A DNA stretch of 63,332 nt, filler included, from Octopus bimaculoides (Eukaryota): assembly GCF_001194135.2 (NCBI RefSeq). It is 6 parts of 5 records of this genome, joined end to end, with 100 filler letters (N's around TTAATTAATTAA, not from the genome) between each part and the next. Parts side by side here need not be neighbours in the genome. Positions count along the whole stretch, not along the records: positions 49,217 to 55,540 come from NC_068982.1; positions 55,641 to 60,929 come from NC_068996.1; positions 61,030 to 63,332 come from NC_068994.1; 3 more parts are not named here. One strand, given 5' to 3'. Shown here piece by piece: positions 51,484 to 63,332 of the stretch (position 1 is its first letter; each line of letters begins with the position of its first letter). The notes under the pieces were generated by a model. That model did no database searches and had not been told where the DNA came from. It worked only from the letters and a program-made list of their open reading frames with translations. The translations under genes and the position numbers were made by a program.

Positions 51484-53284
51484 GTATGAGATATAGCAAC
51501 TCACTCATGCTGAATCGTAGTTTAGCTTTTTCATTAAGTACCATTACGCAAATGAAAGTTGTAGCTCCCTTTGGATAAGATACCAATCCGTTAAACATGT
51601 TATCAAAAGACCTATTGTCTTTATTCCCCATAGATAGGCTAACTGGAGAAAGAACAAGGGAAGATTCGTGTCTCTTAACCACAGAAACAAGGAAACTACT
51701 GTTGTTGAGCTTAGAGACTTGCTACTGATAGCTCGATACCTTAACAAAATAGGTACACACATATGTATGTTTATGAATACGTGTGTATGAATATGGACAC
51801 ATGTATATGTTAACGTAAGTAATTGTGTGTATGCATTTATGTATTATGTCTCTCTGCATATATATATNNNNNNNNNNNNNNNNNNNNNNNNNNNNNNNNN
51901 NNNNNNNNNNNNNNNNNNNNNNNNNNNNNNNNNNNNNNNNNNNNNNNNNNNNNNNNNNNNNNNNNNNNNNNNNNNNNNNNNNNNNNNNNNNNNNNNNNNN
52001 NNNNNNNNNNNNNNNNNNNNNNNNNNNNNNNNNNNNNNNNNNNNNNNNNNNNNNNNNNNNNNNNNNNNNNNNNNNNNNNNNNNNNNNNNNNNNNNNNNNN
52101 NNNNNNNNNNNNNNNNNNNNNNNNNNNNNNNNNNNNNNNNNNNNNNNNNNNNNNNNNNNNNNNNNNNNNNNNNNNNNNNNNNNNNNNNNNNNNNNNNNNN
52201 NNNNNNNNNNNNNNNNNNNNNNNNNNNNNNNNNNNNNNNNNNNNNNNNNNNNNNNNNNCTCAGATCCTGAAAAGCCTGATAATTCAGATCCTAATGACGG
52301 ACGAAATGTTGCTAAGTTGGGACAATCGTTAGCACTGCCTTAATATCTGCTCAGAGTATTTTATTACCGTTAACTGCGGGATTCGATTGTACCTGATGGC
52401 TTTGAAAAAGGAAAAAACCCTTTCCTTATGCTGCAAGGAACAGAGATATCTACAATGACACTTTTTATCAAAAGATAATTTTCTCAGATTTTCTGAATTC
52501 TTTTTTTTATGTATATTTCATCAAATATCTCTTTACGAGAAAACAAGAATTAAAGATTTTCGGTGGTTGATATGAAAACTGCACCCATAGGAGTTACTAC
52601 TGAAAATGCATTGCAGAAGCAGAAGATGTCAATATTTTGTTTCTTTTAATTTTTTGGTAGGTAGATAATTAACATTACAGTAATGAACATGAAATTTAAT
52701 TACGTTGTCAAAAAGTTAATGGTAATAGATTATGTTTTCAGGAAGATTCCAAGCTGAACAAGCAGGAAGAGGAGTTTCTCTAGTAGGCTCATAAGGGCTG
52801 GTAGACATAGTAGGAGATAATGAAATAAAGTGTGACATTGTCAGAGATGGGGGGAAAATATCTAAAACAGGAAGAAACGCATGGGTTAGGGGCGGGGATA
52901 GAGAGGGGAAAAAATGGATGCAAGAACATAGATACACATGTACAAGCATTCATACATATATCATACATTGCGTGTTGAGATAGAGTGAGAGGTGGGGGAG
53001 GGTGATAGAAGTTGGGTACAAAGTCTATAATCAAAACATAAGGCGACTGAATAAAGGGTCCATTGTATTCTTCGTTTGAATTACACCACACACACACACA
53101 CATGCACACATACACAGATACGTACGTACATACATATATACATACATATATGCATGCGTACATACACATACATACATATATACAAGTACAAAATATTCAT
53201 ACACATATACATAAAAGCATATACACAAACACAAACACATACATACGCACACTCCATACATGTACATATATACGTATATATATA

Positions 53285-53346
<62 letters not shown>

Positions 53347-54711
53347 CACACATATATAAATGTATACATATTTACATGCATACATTTAAGCATACATATG
53401 CACATATACATAAATATATACGTACATACTCAAGCAGAAATGCATGCATACATACATACATACACACATACGTACACCCCAAGGTAGTGAAAACGGGAGT
53501 AGGAGACTATATGTGTAAAAGAAATACGACATTCACACTATTCATCTGGTTTAGTTATCTGATATATCAATCTAAAATGCAGTACTTGGTCTAGAGCGAG
53601 ATGAATGATACTTATAAGAACATCATATCTGATCGCCTGTCTTAGAATGACAAAACAATTCTAGTATCAAACCACTGCTTAATAAATAAGCGAAAACTAA
53701 TTTCGTTTATTCTGATTTCTTTATTGTCCACAGGAGGCTAAACGTAGAGGGGACAGTACAAGGACAGACAAATACAACAGTGGGGACAAAAAAAAAACGA
53801 ATGGAAAAAGGATGGATTAAATAGTGAAAATGAAAATGGAATGAAGCCACTCGACCCCACATTCGAAATTTCGTTTATTCTGAGTCAAAAATTGGTATGA
53901 CCATGTGTTCAGGAAGTCAGGCCTCTTCCATTTCGATTCTACTGCACAGCTCATTGAGGTAATGTTTTCAAGAACGCTAATGATCCTCTTATCCAGCTTC
54001 AAGAAATCCGGGAATATTGTGCAGTACCGTTGAGTACTGGGGTCGATGTAATTGACTTACCCCCCGCCACACACACACACACACACACAAAATTACTGCC
54101 CTTGGACCAAAATTTTATACCAATATACTAGAGTCTGCATTGAGTAAATACACCCTGTTTTTGAAGTTGGTTAATTTGCATACGTTCTTCGTGTATTTTA
54201 TGCAGATTGACTAACGGTTACTTTAGAACTAATTACTTTAGAATTAATTGTGTTAATTTGCACTATTATCTATTAAATAGAATCATGATCTTTACTTTTC
54301 TCCCCCCCCCCCCACCTCTATGTTGGCCTGCATGGGTAATAAAAAAACAGATCTTTACTTTTCTTTGTTTAATTTCCATCCTATAAACATTGCACTGTAT
54401 ACATTGTACGTTAGGATATATTTTAAGAATTGTAAGTGGGTTAATTGATATCAAACAGGTCTTACTTTAGAAGTGTATTAATTTGAATCTTTTAAATACA
54501 ATTTAATTATTTACTTTTCATATTTTGTTTTATATTTTAAGTATATAGTAGGCTGTCTCCAGAAACCCGGAATATCTAAATTTCCAATAGAATAACTACT
54601 AGGCTTACAAAGAATAAGCCCTGAAGTCGATTTCTTCGACTAAAAACCCCTTTGATGCGGTGCTCCAGCATCGCCGCTGTTAAATGACTGATGAAACAAA
54701 TAAAAGAAATA

Positions 54712-54915
54712 ATGTTGTTGGCCCTCCGTCGCTTACGACGACGAGGGTTCTAGTTGATCCGATCAACGGAACAGCCTGCTCGTGAAATTAACGTGCAAGT
54801 GGCTGAGCACTCCACAGACACGTGGAGTCTAGGAATCGAAACTGGTCTAGGAATCGAAACTGCGATCCTACGACCGCGAGTCCGCTGCCCTAACCACTGG
54901 GCCATTGCGCCTCCA
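54712..54915 (-). mobile_element. Internally deleted tRNA-derived SINE (family D): head fused to tail with 18 bp duplication
   Basis: Head ggaggcgcaatggcccagtggttagggcagcggactcgcgg; gtctaggaatcgaaactg x2 (54827-54862); tail matches 57715-57830. Confidence 0.8.
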
Positions 54916-55207
54916 CAAAAAAAGGAAATAATAAAAGAGAGAAAATATTAACAAATAAAGATATAAAATAATGGTTTAATGGCTAATACATGCAATTTAT
55001 GTAAGGATTCCCTGGCACATGAAATGAATTTAAAGGTTTCCCTAAAATGGCAGGAAATGCTGTTCAAGGGTTTATGCTTCGACGTATGAAAGACTGTATT
55101 GTTAAATTTACACACTAGACAGTGTTATTCAAAATGTGTTGCACGTGATATTTAACATGTTTGTGAAGATTATTTAAAAAGTTTCTTATCAACTGCTCAA
55201 ATTAGTA

Positions 55208-55510
55208 TCTATCTATATATATAAAAATGAGAATGTGTGTCTGTCTGTCTGTCTGTCTGTGTGAATCCCTAAAACTCGAGAACTACGCAACCAATTTCAT
55301 TCAAATTTTACAGATGCCTTACTTAGGGTTCCAGTTGTGTTTTAGTCAAAAAAAAATTTAACTTCTTGCAGAGTTCGAGCCCACAGCAACATAATATCTC
55401 CTCCACTATTTAAGTATTACGTGTCAAAAGTGAAACAAAAACACTCATGTCAAATACTTTCACTTTAAAAATGAAACTATTCTACTAACTGAAACAATCA
55501 CATTTCGATA
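55208..55510 (+). mobile_element. Non-autonomous Helitron/DINE-like element 5' part
   Basis: tctatatatataaaaatgagaatgtgtgtctgtctgtctg...aaaactcgagaactacgcaaccaatttcattcaaattt. Confidence 0.65.
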
Positions 55511-55726
55511 CTGTAATGACAGATACTTTCAGAGAGAGAGNNNNNNNNNNNNNNNNNNNNNNNNNNNNNNNNNNNNNNNNNNNNTTAATTAATTAANNNN
55601 NNNNNNNNNNNNNNNNNNNNNNNNNNNNNNNNNNNNNNNNCTTTCAGTTTCCGTCTACCAAATCTGCTGACAAGGCTTTGGTCGCCCGAGGCTATAGTAG
55701 AAGACACTTGCCCAAGGTGCCACGAA

Positions 55727-55781
<55 letters not shown>

Positions 55782-56763
55782 ACACACACACAGTGCGATG
55801 GGCTTCTTTCAGTTTCCATGTACCACATCCAGTCACAAGGTTTTGTTCTGCCCGAGGCTATAATAGAAGACAGTTGCTCAATCTGACACACAATGGGACT
55901 GAACCTTGGAATCATGAGGTTGGGAAGTGAAAACGTTGCCATACAATCCATCTATCTGTCTATCAGACTATCTAATAGCTACCAAGTTATCTCTCTGTTA
56001 ATAAATTGGCGATCTTTTATCCTTTTTCCATGTCTTCTTAATTCTACGAGATGACACCTTTCTCTGTTCCTATCTTCTCATTCATTATATTTTCACCTTG
56101 CCATTCCCATCTATTCCATATCATCACCCTTCTTCTCTTCCTCTCTCTCTCTCTTCCTCTCTCTCTCTCTTCCTCTCTCTCTCTCTTCCTCTCTCTCTCT
56201 CTTCCTCTTTCTTTGTTTCTGTCTCTTTATTATTTACTTTTTATTTCTCTCTGTCTATCAGCCTTCTGGCGTTTTTCTTGTTTCACTTATTTATTTATTT
56301 ATTTATTTATTTTGTGTTGGGGGTGCCACTTGTTGACATTGTGTCGCCTTGTAATCTTTCTATCAACAACTTGTCTCTATAAGTGACGCCAGTTAACTTA
56401 TGACGTTGCGTTTAGTTCTTTTTTTTTTCTCTTCTTTTGGCTGTGAACTTTGATAGACGTTTTTATTTTTCTTTCCATGTAAACCAACCGAATCAAGAAT
56501 TCAAACCTGTTGAGTTGTAAATTTTGCCTGTAATTTCTCCTGTAGGCTCGATATGCGTAGATAGGTAGATCGGTACATATATACATACATACATACATAC
56601 ATACATACATACATGCATGTATACATACATACATACATACATGCATACACAGAATGGTCGGTAGGTAGGAAGGCTGGTAAATAATCAGATAGGAAGGCAG
56701 GTAGGCAAAAGCATACATAAATAGACATATAGATAGATTAGATAGATAGATAGATAGATAGAT

Positions 56764-56794
<31 letters not shown>

Positions 56795-56803
56795 CTAGCT
56801 AGC

Positions 56804-56849
<46 letters not shown>

Positions 56850-57131
56850 CACAAATACATACATACATACATACATACATGCATACACGGAATAGTCGGT
56901 ACGTTGGGTAGTTAATAAAGAGATAGTCAGACAGAGGACGGCATGTAAGTCAAAACAGGCAAATAGATAAATAGATAGATTGAGGAATGAACGACAGAAA
57001 GAAAAAAGGAAGTAAAACATTTACTTGGTTATATACGAGGTTTTGTGGTTGCTCCTGATTCCACTGAATGACTGACTTTATTATGTTTGTAAATTTAGTT
57101 TGATCATTTTTAAATGTTAGTCTTTATATAT

Positions 57132-57134
57132 ACA

Positions 57135-57174
<40 letters not shown>

Positions 57175-57201
57175 TTGTCTCTGTCTCTGTCTCTCTCTAT
57201 T

Positions 57202-57238
<37 letters not shown>

Positions 57239-57267
57239 TTCTCACTCTCTCTCTTTCTCTCTCTCTT

Positions 57268-57301
<34 letters not shown>

Positions 57302-57319
57302 ACTTTCTCTCTCTCACTT

Positions 57320-57362
<43 letters not shown>

Positions 57363-57479
57363 TTTTCTCTCTCTCTCTTTCTTTCTCTCTCTCGTTCTCT
57401 CTCTCTCTCTTTCTCACTCTCTCGCTTTCTCTCTCTCTTTTTCTCTCTCTTTCTCTCTCTCTCTTTCTCTCTCTCACTT

Positions 57480-57510
<31 letters not shown>

Positions 57511-57539
57511 TTTTCTCTCTCTCTTTCTCTCTCTCTCTT

Positions 57540-57576
<37 letters not shown>

Positions 57577-57577
57577 G
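57132..57577. repeat. Long interrupted (CT)n microsatellite
   Basis: Directly visible; source of the SLSL/RERE ORFs. Confidence 0.95.
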
Positions 57578-57710
57578 CGACTCACTCACACACACTCATA
57601 CACACACTCGCACACACGAATATACACACATATTCACATAGTATCTTCAGTGTAACAGTTCTACTTAACATTCATGGGGGTGGGGGTGGGAATTACAATA
57701 ATAATAATAA

Positions 57711-58010
57711 TAATTTGTTGGCACTCCGTCGCTTACGACGTCGAGGGTTCCAGTTGATCCAATCTACGGGACAGCCTGCTCGTGAAATTAACGTGCAAGT
57801 GGCTGAGCACTCCACAGACACGTGTACCCTTAACGTAGTTCTCGGGGCAGCGTGATACAGTGTGACAAGGCTGACCCTTTGAAATACAGGCAAAACAGAA
57901 ACAGGAAGCTAGAGTGAGAGAAAGTTGTGGTGAAAGAATACAGCAGGGTTCGCCACCATCCCCTGCCGGAGCCTCGTGGAGCTTTAGGTGTTTTCGCTCA
58001 GTAAACACTC
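57711..58010 (-). mobile_element. Family-D SINE (3' part; 5' end in gap)
   Basis: Tail ttgttggcactccgtcgcttacgacg...gtggctgagcactccacagacacgtg shared with the 54712 copy. Confidence 0.8.
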
Positions 58011-58430
58011 NNNNNNNNNNNNNNNNNNNNNNNNNNNNNNNNNNNNNNNNNNNNNNNNNNNNNNNNNNNNNNNNNNNNNNNNNNNNNNNNNNNNNNNNNN
58101 NNNNNNNNNNNNNNNNNNNNNNNNNNNNNNNNNNNNNNNNNCGCACACACGAATATACACACATATTCACATAGTATCTTCAGTGTAACAGTTCTACTTA
58201 ACATTCATGGGGGTGGGGGTGGGAATTACAATAATAATAATAACCCCGCCAAAAAAATTCGTAGTTGTAATATGCACGTTGCAATTCGTAATATGAACAC
58301 AAGAGCAACGGATACATTATTATAATCTAACATCCACAAATAGGGTCTATAAAAGATGATTTAGTAGTCTTGTGTACCTCACAGTATAGAAGCATTTCTC
58401 ATGGCACCAGCAGACAAATGGAAAAAGCAT

Positions 58431-58999
58431 TGCTCCGGGGGCGAAATTTTTTCCCACGAGAGTTCCGGATCCCAGTAATGTACTCATTTGCATATAGCCA
58501 ATCAGAGCTCACCTTGACCTTGTTGTCAAGTTAAAAAACACACTCTACCAAGTAAACTCAAGACGAAGAACGGTGTTGTAAGTCGACCGATCGCCAAGTT
58601 ATGCTTTGATTTTAGGAGAGAACTAATTAGATAGATTTGCTTCTATACCTATTATCAGATTTTGTTAGGGCCCCATATGGTAAAGATGTGAATGGGGAAA
58701 ATGTGGGTAGAGGGTGATGTGCTAGCAGCCCTCTCCCCTTACGATTTTACAAAGTAAACAACAACACAAATAGCTACGCAGAGGCAGCTTTGGTTGAAAC
58801 AAGAACAAGAACAACAAGCATTCTTACAAGAGAAAGAAAGCATGGTCATTCCTTACCCAAGTGACCTTATCTTATCGCCCATCACTTATGCGCTCATAAA
58901 TTAGTTTGATAGTTAGAGCTCTGATTGGCTGTATGCAAATGAGTTCATAACTGGGGTCCGGAACTCTCGTGGGAAAAAGAAATTTCGTGCACCGGAGCA
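58431..58999. mobile_element. MITE-like element with ~80 bp TIRs containing octamer and CCAAT motifs
   Basis: 58431-58510 is the reverse complement of 58916-58999; ATTTGCAT 58486-58493 / ATGCAAAT 58933-58940; CCAAT 58498-58502 / ATTGG 58924-58928. Confidence 0.8.
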
Positions 59000-59259
59000 G
59001 GAGCCGGGGAACTTTATTAACCAATTACTCCAAAATATACGCCAACGTTACCTCCTTGATTTCAAAGGAAGAAAATCAAAGATTCTTTGAATTCAAAAGG
59101 TTTATTGAATTTATTTACACGTCCATTACATTTGAAATATGCAGTGTTGCCAGAAGAAAAATTTCTGTCGTAACAAGGAACAAGTTTTCTATACCATTTT
59201 ACTTATGTCTAATGAGTCCTAATTACCCGCAAGTATTTCATTTTTACCCTACTTGGGGT

Positions 59260-59555
59260 AATTTACCCCGGTTCGTCGATGTAGCGGAAGATAGCCAAAG
59301 TGATCCGCTGGAAAGCCACTCTGACTCGAGGGGCTCACGGTTGCAGACAACAATCCCCGCCTCGATAGCGATGAACAGGTATATGGTCGGTGGGGGCCAA
59401 GGACGTCAGAGGTTTCAACTGTTACAGGCATCACCATAAACCTGTTAGAGAGCGACCAATACCTTGACAGTTTGTTTTTCTCAGTGTGACGAGCAGCGGA
59501 GCCTGAGCTGGCGGCTGATTACACCAAGTTGCCGCCGGAGAAGACTGAGTAATGT
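59260..59555 (-). mobile_element. CRE/Utopia-type RLE non-LTR retrotransposon 3' end
   Basis: SAASSGSAARHTEKNKLSRYWSLSNRFMVMPVTVETSDVLGP...REPLESEWL(fs)QRITLAIFR. Confidence 0.8.
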
Positions 59556-59908
59556 TAATAATTACGCTTCCATAAACTTAAATGATTCTTATATACATCA
59601 TGGTGTTCCATGTTATTTTCCTGGAGCACTGATTGCGTAAATTATCAGAAATTCCAATTCTGGACCATCACAGGATTGATTTAATTGTGACAAAGCCTTA
59701 ATATCGATTTCTGACGTAGGCGCCGACATGGCTTACAGATTCAAAGGCTCGCTTTGTAAGCATTTAGTTACAGATTCTGTCCTACTACGCAGCAACTTGG
59801 GCGAGTGTCTCCTACGATGACCCCAGGCAGATCAAAAAAGCTATGAGCGAATTTGTTCGATGAAAACTATATTGAAGCCCGTCGTATATATATATACATA
59901 TATATATA

Positions 59909-60215
59909 CTAGGAGGTACCCAAAAGTAACCGGTAAAGTTCTCTGTGGGACAAGCCCATTGTGATTCAGGCGTCCGCCGCTAGGAGCCACTTGATGTGAC
60001 CATTAGGCATCAGTCTGCCGACTAGCGGTGTCAAGGTCATTCATACTGCCACGTAGTGCGTCTTTGTTTTGCTCTGCTTCTCCCCCGTTCGTTGATTTTT
60101 TTGCGATGGCTGAAATGAAGGAACAGCGTGCTTCCATGAAATTCTGTCTTCTGCTGGGGTCAACTGCGGCCGGAACAGCTAACGTACTTCAAACAGCTTA
60201 CAAGGACGCTGCCGT
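59909..60215 (+). mobile_element. Mariner 5' end with transposase N-terminus
   Basis: MAEMKEQRASMKFCLLLGSTAAGTANVLQTAYKDAAV resembles mariner EQR..IKFC..LGK...ET..ML..AY. Confidence 0.8.
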
Positions 60216-61029
60216 TTGCCACACTTGCTCGATCAGATTTTGTTGGGGTACCTCAACCGAATGACGTAAATTCCTGAAGATGTTACACTCAAAATCTTAA
60301 AAAAATACAAAATCATTTTATTATATATATTTATAATTTGTATTGAGTGACATTTGAAACAATTGTAGGCAGATTTAATTAATTCAAAATTAATTTATAT
60401 CGATTATATCTCCCCATGTTCTTGCTTAATAATATTTGATATTTGCATTATATATTTATTGAAGAATTATATCTTTAAAATATAATATATTAAACCAGTG
60501 TATCTTAAATAAAACAATCCTTATAAGAGGTTTATATATATCATTATGACTATATATATATATACATATAGTTCAAATGTACAAAAAACAAAAGACAAAG
60601 TGAGGTGATGGAACGACAAGGAGGTGTATTAGTGTGATGCTCGAGAAGAATGGAAGGTATATGACGTTTCGAGCCTACCTCTTCGATACAAAGGGATGAG
60701 CGGAATACAATGGAAAGAGAGAAAAAAATGTGTTGAGATTAATAGTTATTTGACTGCGACCATGCTGGAGCACCACTTTTAGTCGAACAAATCGATAAGT
60801 CTAGCACTTATTCTATCGGGTTCTTTTGCCGAACCGCTAAAGTACGGGGACGTAAACACGCCAACATCGGTTGTCAAGCGATGGTGGGGGGACAAACAGG
60901 CACGCAAACATATATACGCACAATTACATNNNNNNNNNNNNNNNNNNNNNNNNNNNNNNNNNNNNNNNNNNNNTTAATTAATTAANNNNNNNNNNNNNNN
61001 NNNNNNNNNNNNNNNNNNNNNNNNNNNNN

Positions 61030-61075
<46 letters not shown>

Positions 61076-61668
61076 CCAACGAATGATGTGGATTTCAATG
61101 GTCTTGCATAAAAAAAGATGTATCAAAACACGAAACGTTCAGACCACTTGAAACTCATCCAAATCATTAGAATGTGTCATCTAACAGATTTGGGTGGACA
61201 TAAGTGGAGATGGCAAAGTGCTGGGAACAATGTTATACTTCTTGGAGAAGTGCTTTAGTGTTTCAAATGAAAAGCACAACGATCGTTATTTTTATATTAT
61301 TTTTACATTATTCTTATATATATTCCATCTCTGTCTCCCTCTTCCACTCTCTCTGTCAATCTATACACACACACACACATATATATATATATACAAAGCA
61401 TACGTACATATGTGTATACATGTGTATATGTATGTATGTATGTATGTATGTTTGTATGTTTGTATCTGTAGTTGAAATTTACAGAAAAACAAAAGACGAA
61501 GGCAGGTGTATTAGTCTGACGCTCGGGAAGGTGATAGAGACTTTTACATTTTGAGCCAACGCTCTTCAGCAGGAATGAACACGAGGAAATAAAGAGAGAA
61601 TAAAAAGAGAAAATACAAAAAAAACCCTGTGGATTTAGCGGTCCATGTAATACGCATAGACACGCACG

Positions 61669-61735
<67 letters not shown>

Positions 61736-62167
61736 TTGATGGTCATTGACTACTCATGAGTTTTTCGGCCCTTTGACGGGTTTTATCTTTCTTGCCACAG
61801 GGTGTCCAACAATCACCCTCCTCACCAAGCAAGCTCGGCTGGAGATTGCCAGTTTAGTTGACGACGATCGAACCCAGGCTACACATTGTTACCTGTGGCA
61901 CTCGAGAGCGACGTCTTCTTGGCCAATTCCCAACAGGAAGCTGTTTTGGAAGGCCACTCTTGTGCTTCAAAGAAAAACTAAAAGAACAGTCTGAAGCGAT
62001 GCAACAGTCCCTTTTATTCTTGGGAAAACAAAGCATCAGAACGCAAGCCTAACACTAATCCTTAGCTCCAGCCTCAGCTATGAACTTGGAACTTAACGGA
62101 TGACCAATTATAGCACTTACTCAACGTACCTATTCGTTTAGATCACCAGTGAACTAAACCCCTCATA

Positions 62168-62199
<32 letters not shown>

Positions 62200-63187
62200 N
62201 NNNNNNNNNNNNNNNNNNNNNNNNNNNNNNNNNNNNNNNNNNNNNNNNNNNNNNNNNNNNNNNNNNNNNNNNNNNNNNNNNNNNNNNNNNNNNNNNNNNN
62301 NNNNNNNNNNNNNNNNNNNNNNNNNNNNNNNNNNATATATATATGTATATACATGTGTGTGTGTGTATGTGTGTATGTGTGTATGTGTGTATGTGTGTGT
62401 GTGTGTGTGTGTTTGTATGTTTGTTTGTTTGTTTTTCTCTCCCCACAACTTGGTAAGTGGTGTTAGCAATTTGTTTACGTCCCCAAAACGTTACGGTTCG
62501 ACCAGAGAGACCATAGAATGAATTCCAGACCTTCAAAAAAAAAAAAACCTAACAACAACAAAAACAACGAAAAAAACACAAAGGTCCTGCGGTCGTTTCG
62601 TTTGTCCTAAACCTTTCTAGGTGCTGCCCCAGCATGACCGCACCTTTGTAACTAAAACTGAGTGGAAGATAAAGAATAAGTTTTCCAGACAGGCAGACAG
62701 ACAACCATAGAGTCAGAGAGAGAAACAGATAAAGAGACAGACAGACAGACAGACAGGCAGACAGACAGGACAGACAGACAGACAGATTCATCAGCTCGTA
62801 TGCGTAAACATTTTAGTTATTGTATCTCTATATGCGTGGGTTTTCTTGTCATCCCGATATGTTAAATGTTTTATGGGAGATAACTCCGAAAATATTTTAT
62901 GTTATTATTTCCCTTGAATTTGGTGTTCGATTGACTCTGGTCAAACAGATTGAATTTTTATCTTTTCTAAAATAATTACTCTTTTATTCTTTTACTTGTT
63001 TCAGTCATTTGACTGCGGCCATGCTGGAGCACCACCTTTAGTCGAGCAAATCGACCCCAGGACTTATTCTTTTGTAAGCCTAGTACTTATTCTATCAGTT
63101 TCTTTTTGCCGAACCGCTAGGTTACGGGGACGTAAACACACCAGCATCTTTTCTTCCTCCGTCTTCCTTTCTATTGGACTTTCCTCT

Positions 63188-63223
63188 GTTTCTGAAGAAG
63201 AGCGTCTGCTCGAAACGTCAAAC
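63188..63223 (+). ncRNA. Minimal type I hammerhead ribozyme (Penelope-type), apparently intact
   Basis: GTTT CTGAAGA A GAGC gtct GCTC GAAA CG TC AAAC: full core, 4 bp stems I and II, palindromic ACGT stem III, GUC site (C63219). Confidence 0.65.
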
Positions 63224-63332
63224 CACTTTTGTTTCCTTCCCTGAGCGTCTGCTAATACTTTACATGTACCACGTGCTCACGTTGTTGTTTTTTTGTGTCT
63301 GTTCTTCCTTTTTTGGGGATTTACTATATATA

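Noticed and set aside
54860-54915. tRNA gene (and other tRNA-like heads at ~3195, 16140, 42250)
   Set aside because: No complete cloverleaf or acceptor stem, and each continues into a SINE body; these are SINE heads.
57114-57855. Long SL/RE-repeat ORFs up to 226 aa
   Set aside because: A (CT)n microsatellite has no stop codons in these frames. The same applies to the IY, CV and HT repeat ORFs and to all ORFs spanning N-gaps.
58969-59439. 156 aa plus-strand ORF
   Set aside because: Starts inside a MITE TIR and its 3' half is the antisense of a decayed RLE retrotransposon end.

Overview
AT-rich, microsatellite-saturated animal genomic DNA from a gapped draft assembly. The SINE/LINE families resemble those of octopus (coleoid cephalopod); this species call is an inference. 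Most six-frame ORFs are artefacts of microsatellites, N-gaps or transposon debris. The main result is a spliced gene at the left edge that the ORF track misses. Four exons (2-523, 2339-2407, 3659-3748, 4721-4867, + strand) are joined by three canonical phase-0 introns and encode the C-terminal ~275 aa of a gustatory-receptor-like (GRL / 7TM ion channel) protein. It ends in a TM7 motif SYAILAYQT, comparable to insect TYhhhhhQF. Other notable items: a repeat family carrying a minimal Penelope-type hammerhead ribozyme (one apparently intact copy at 63188-63223, four decayed); a SINE and a CR1-group LINE sharing a 3' stem-loop with a compensatory base change; an apparent filled/empty SINE allele pair across a gap; several foldback elements; and a few unassigned candidate exons. 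The rest is remnants of Gypsy, Penelope, CR1-group, RTE, Tx1, R4/Dong, CRE/Utopia-type, Tc1/mariner, hAT and Helitron/Helentron elements plus dozens of tRNA-derived SINE copies. Transposon boundaries are approximate.
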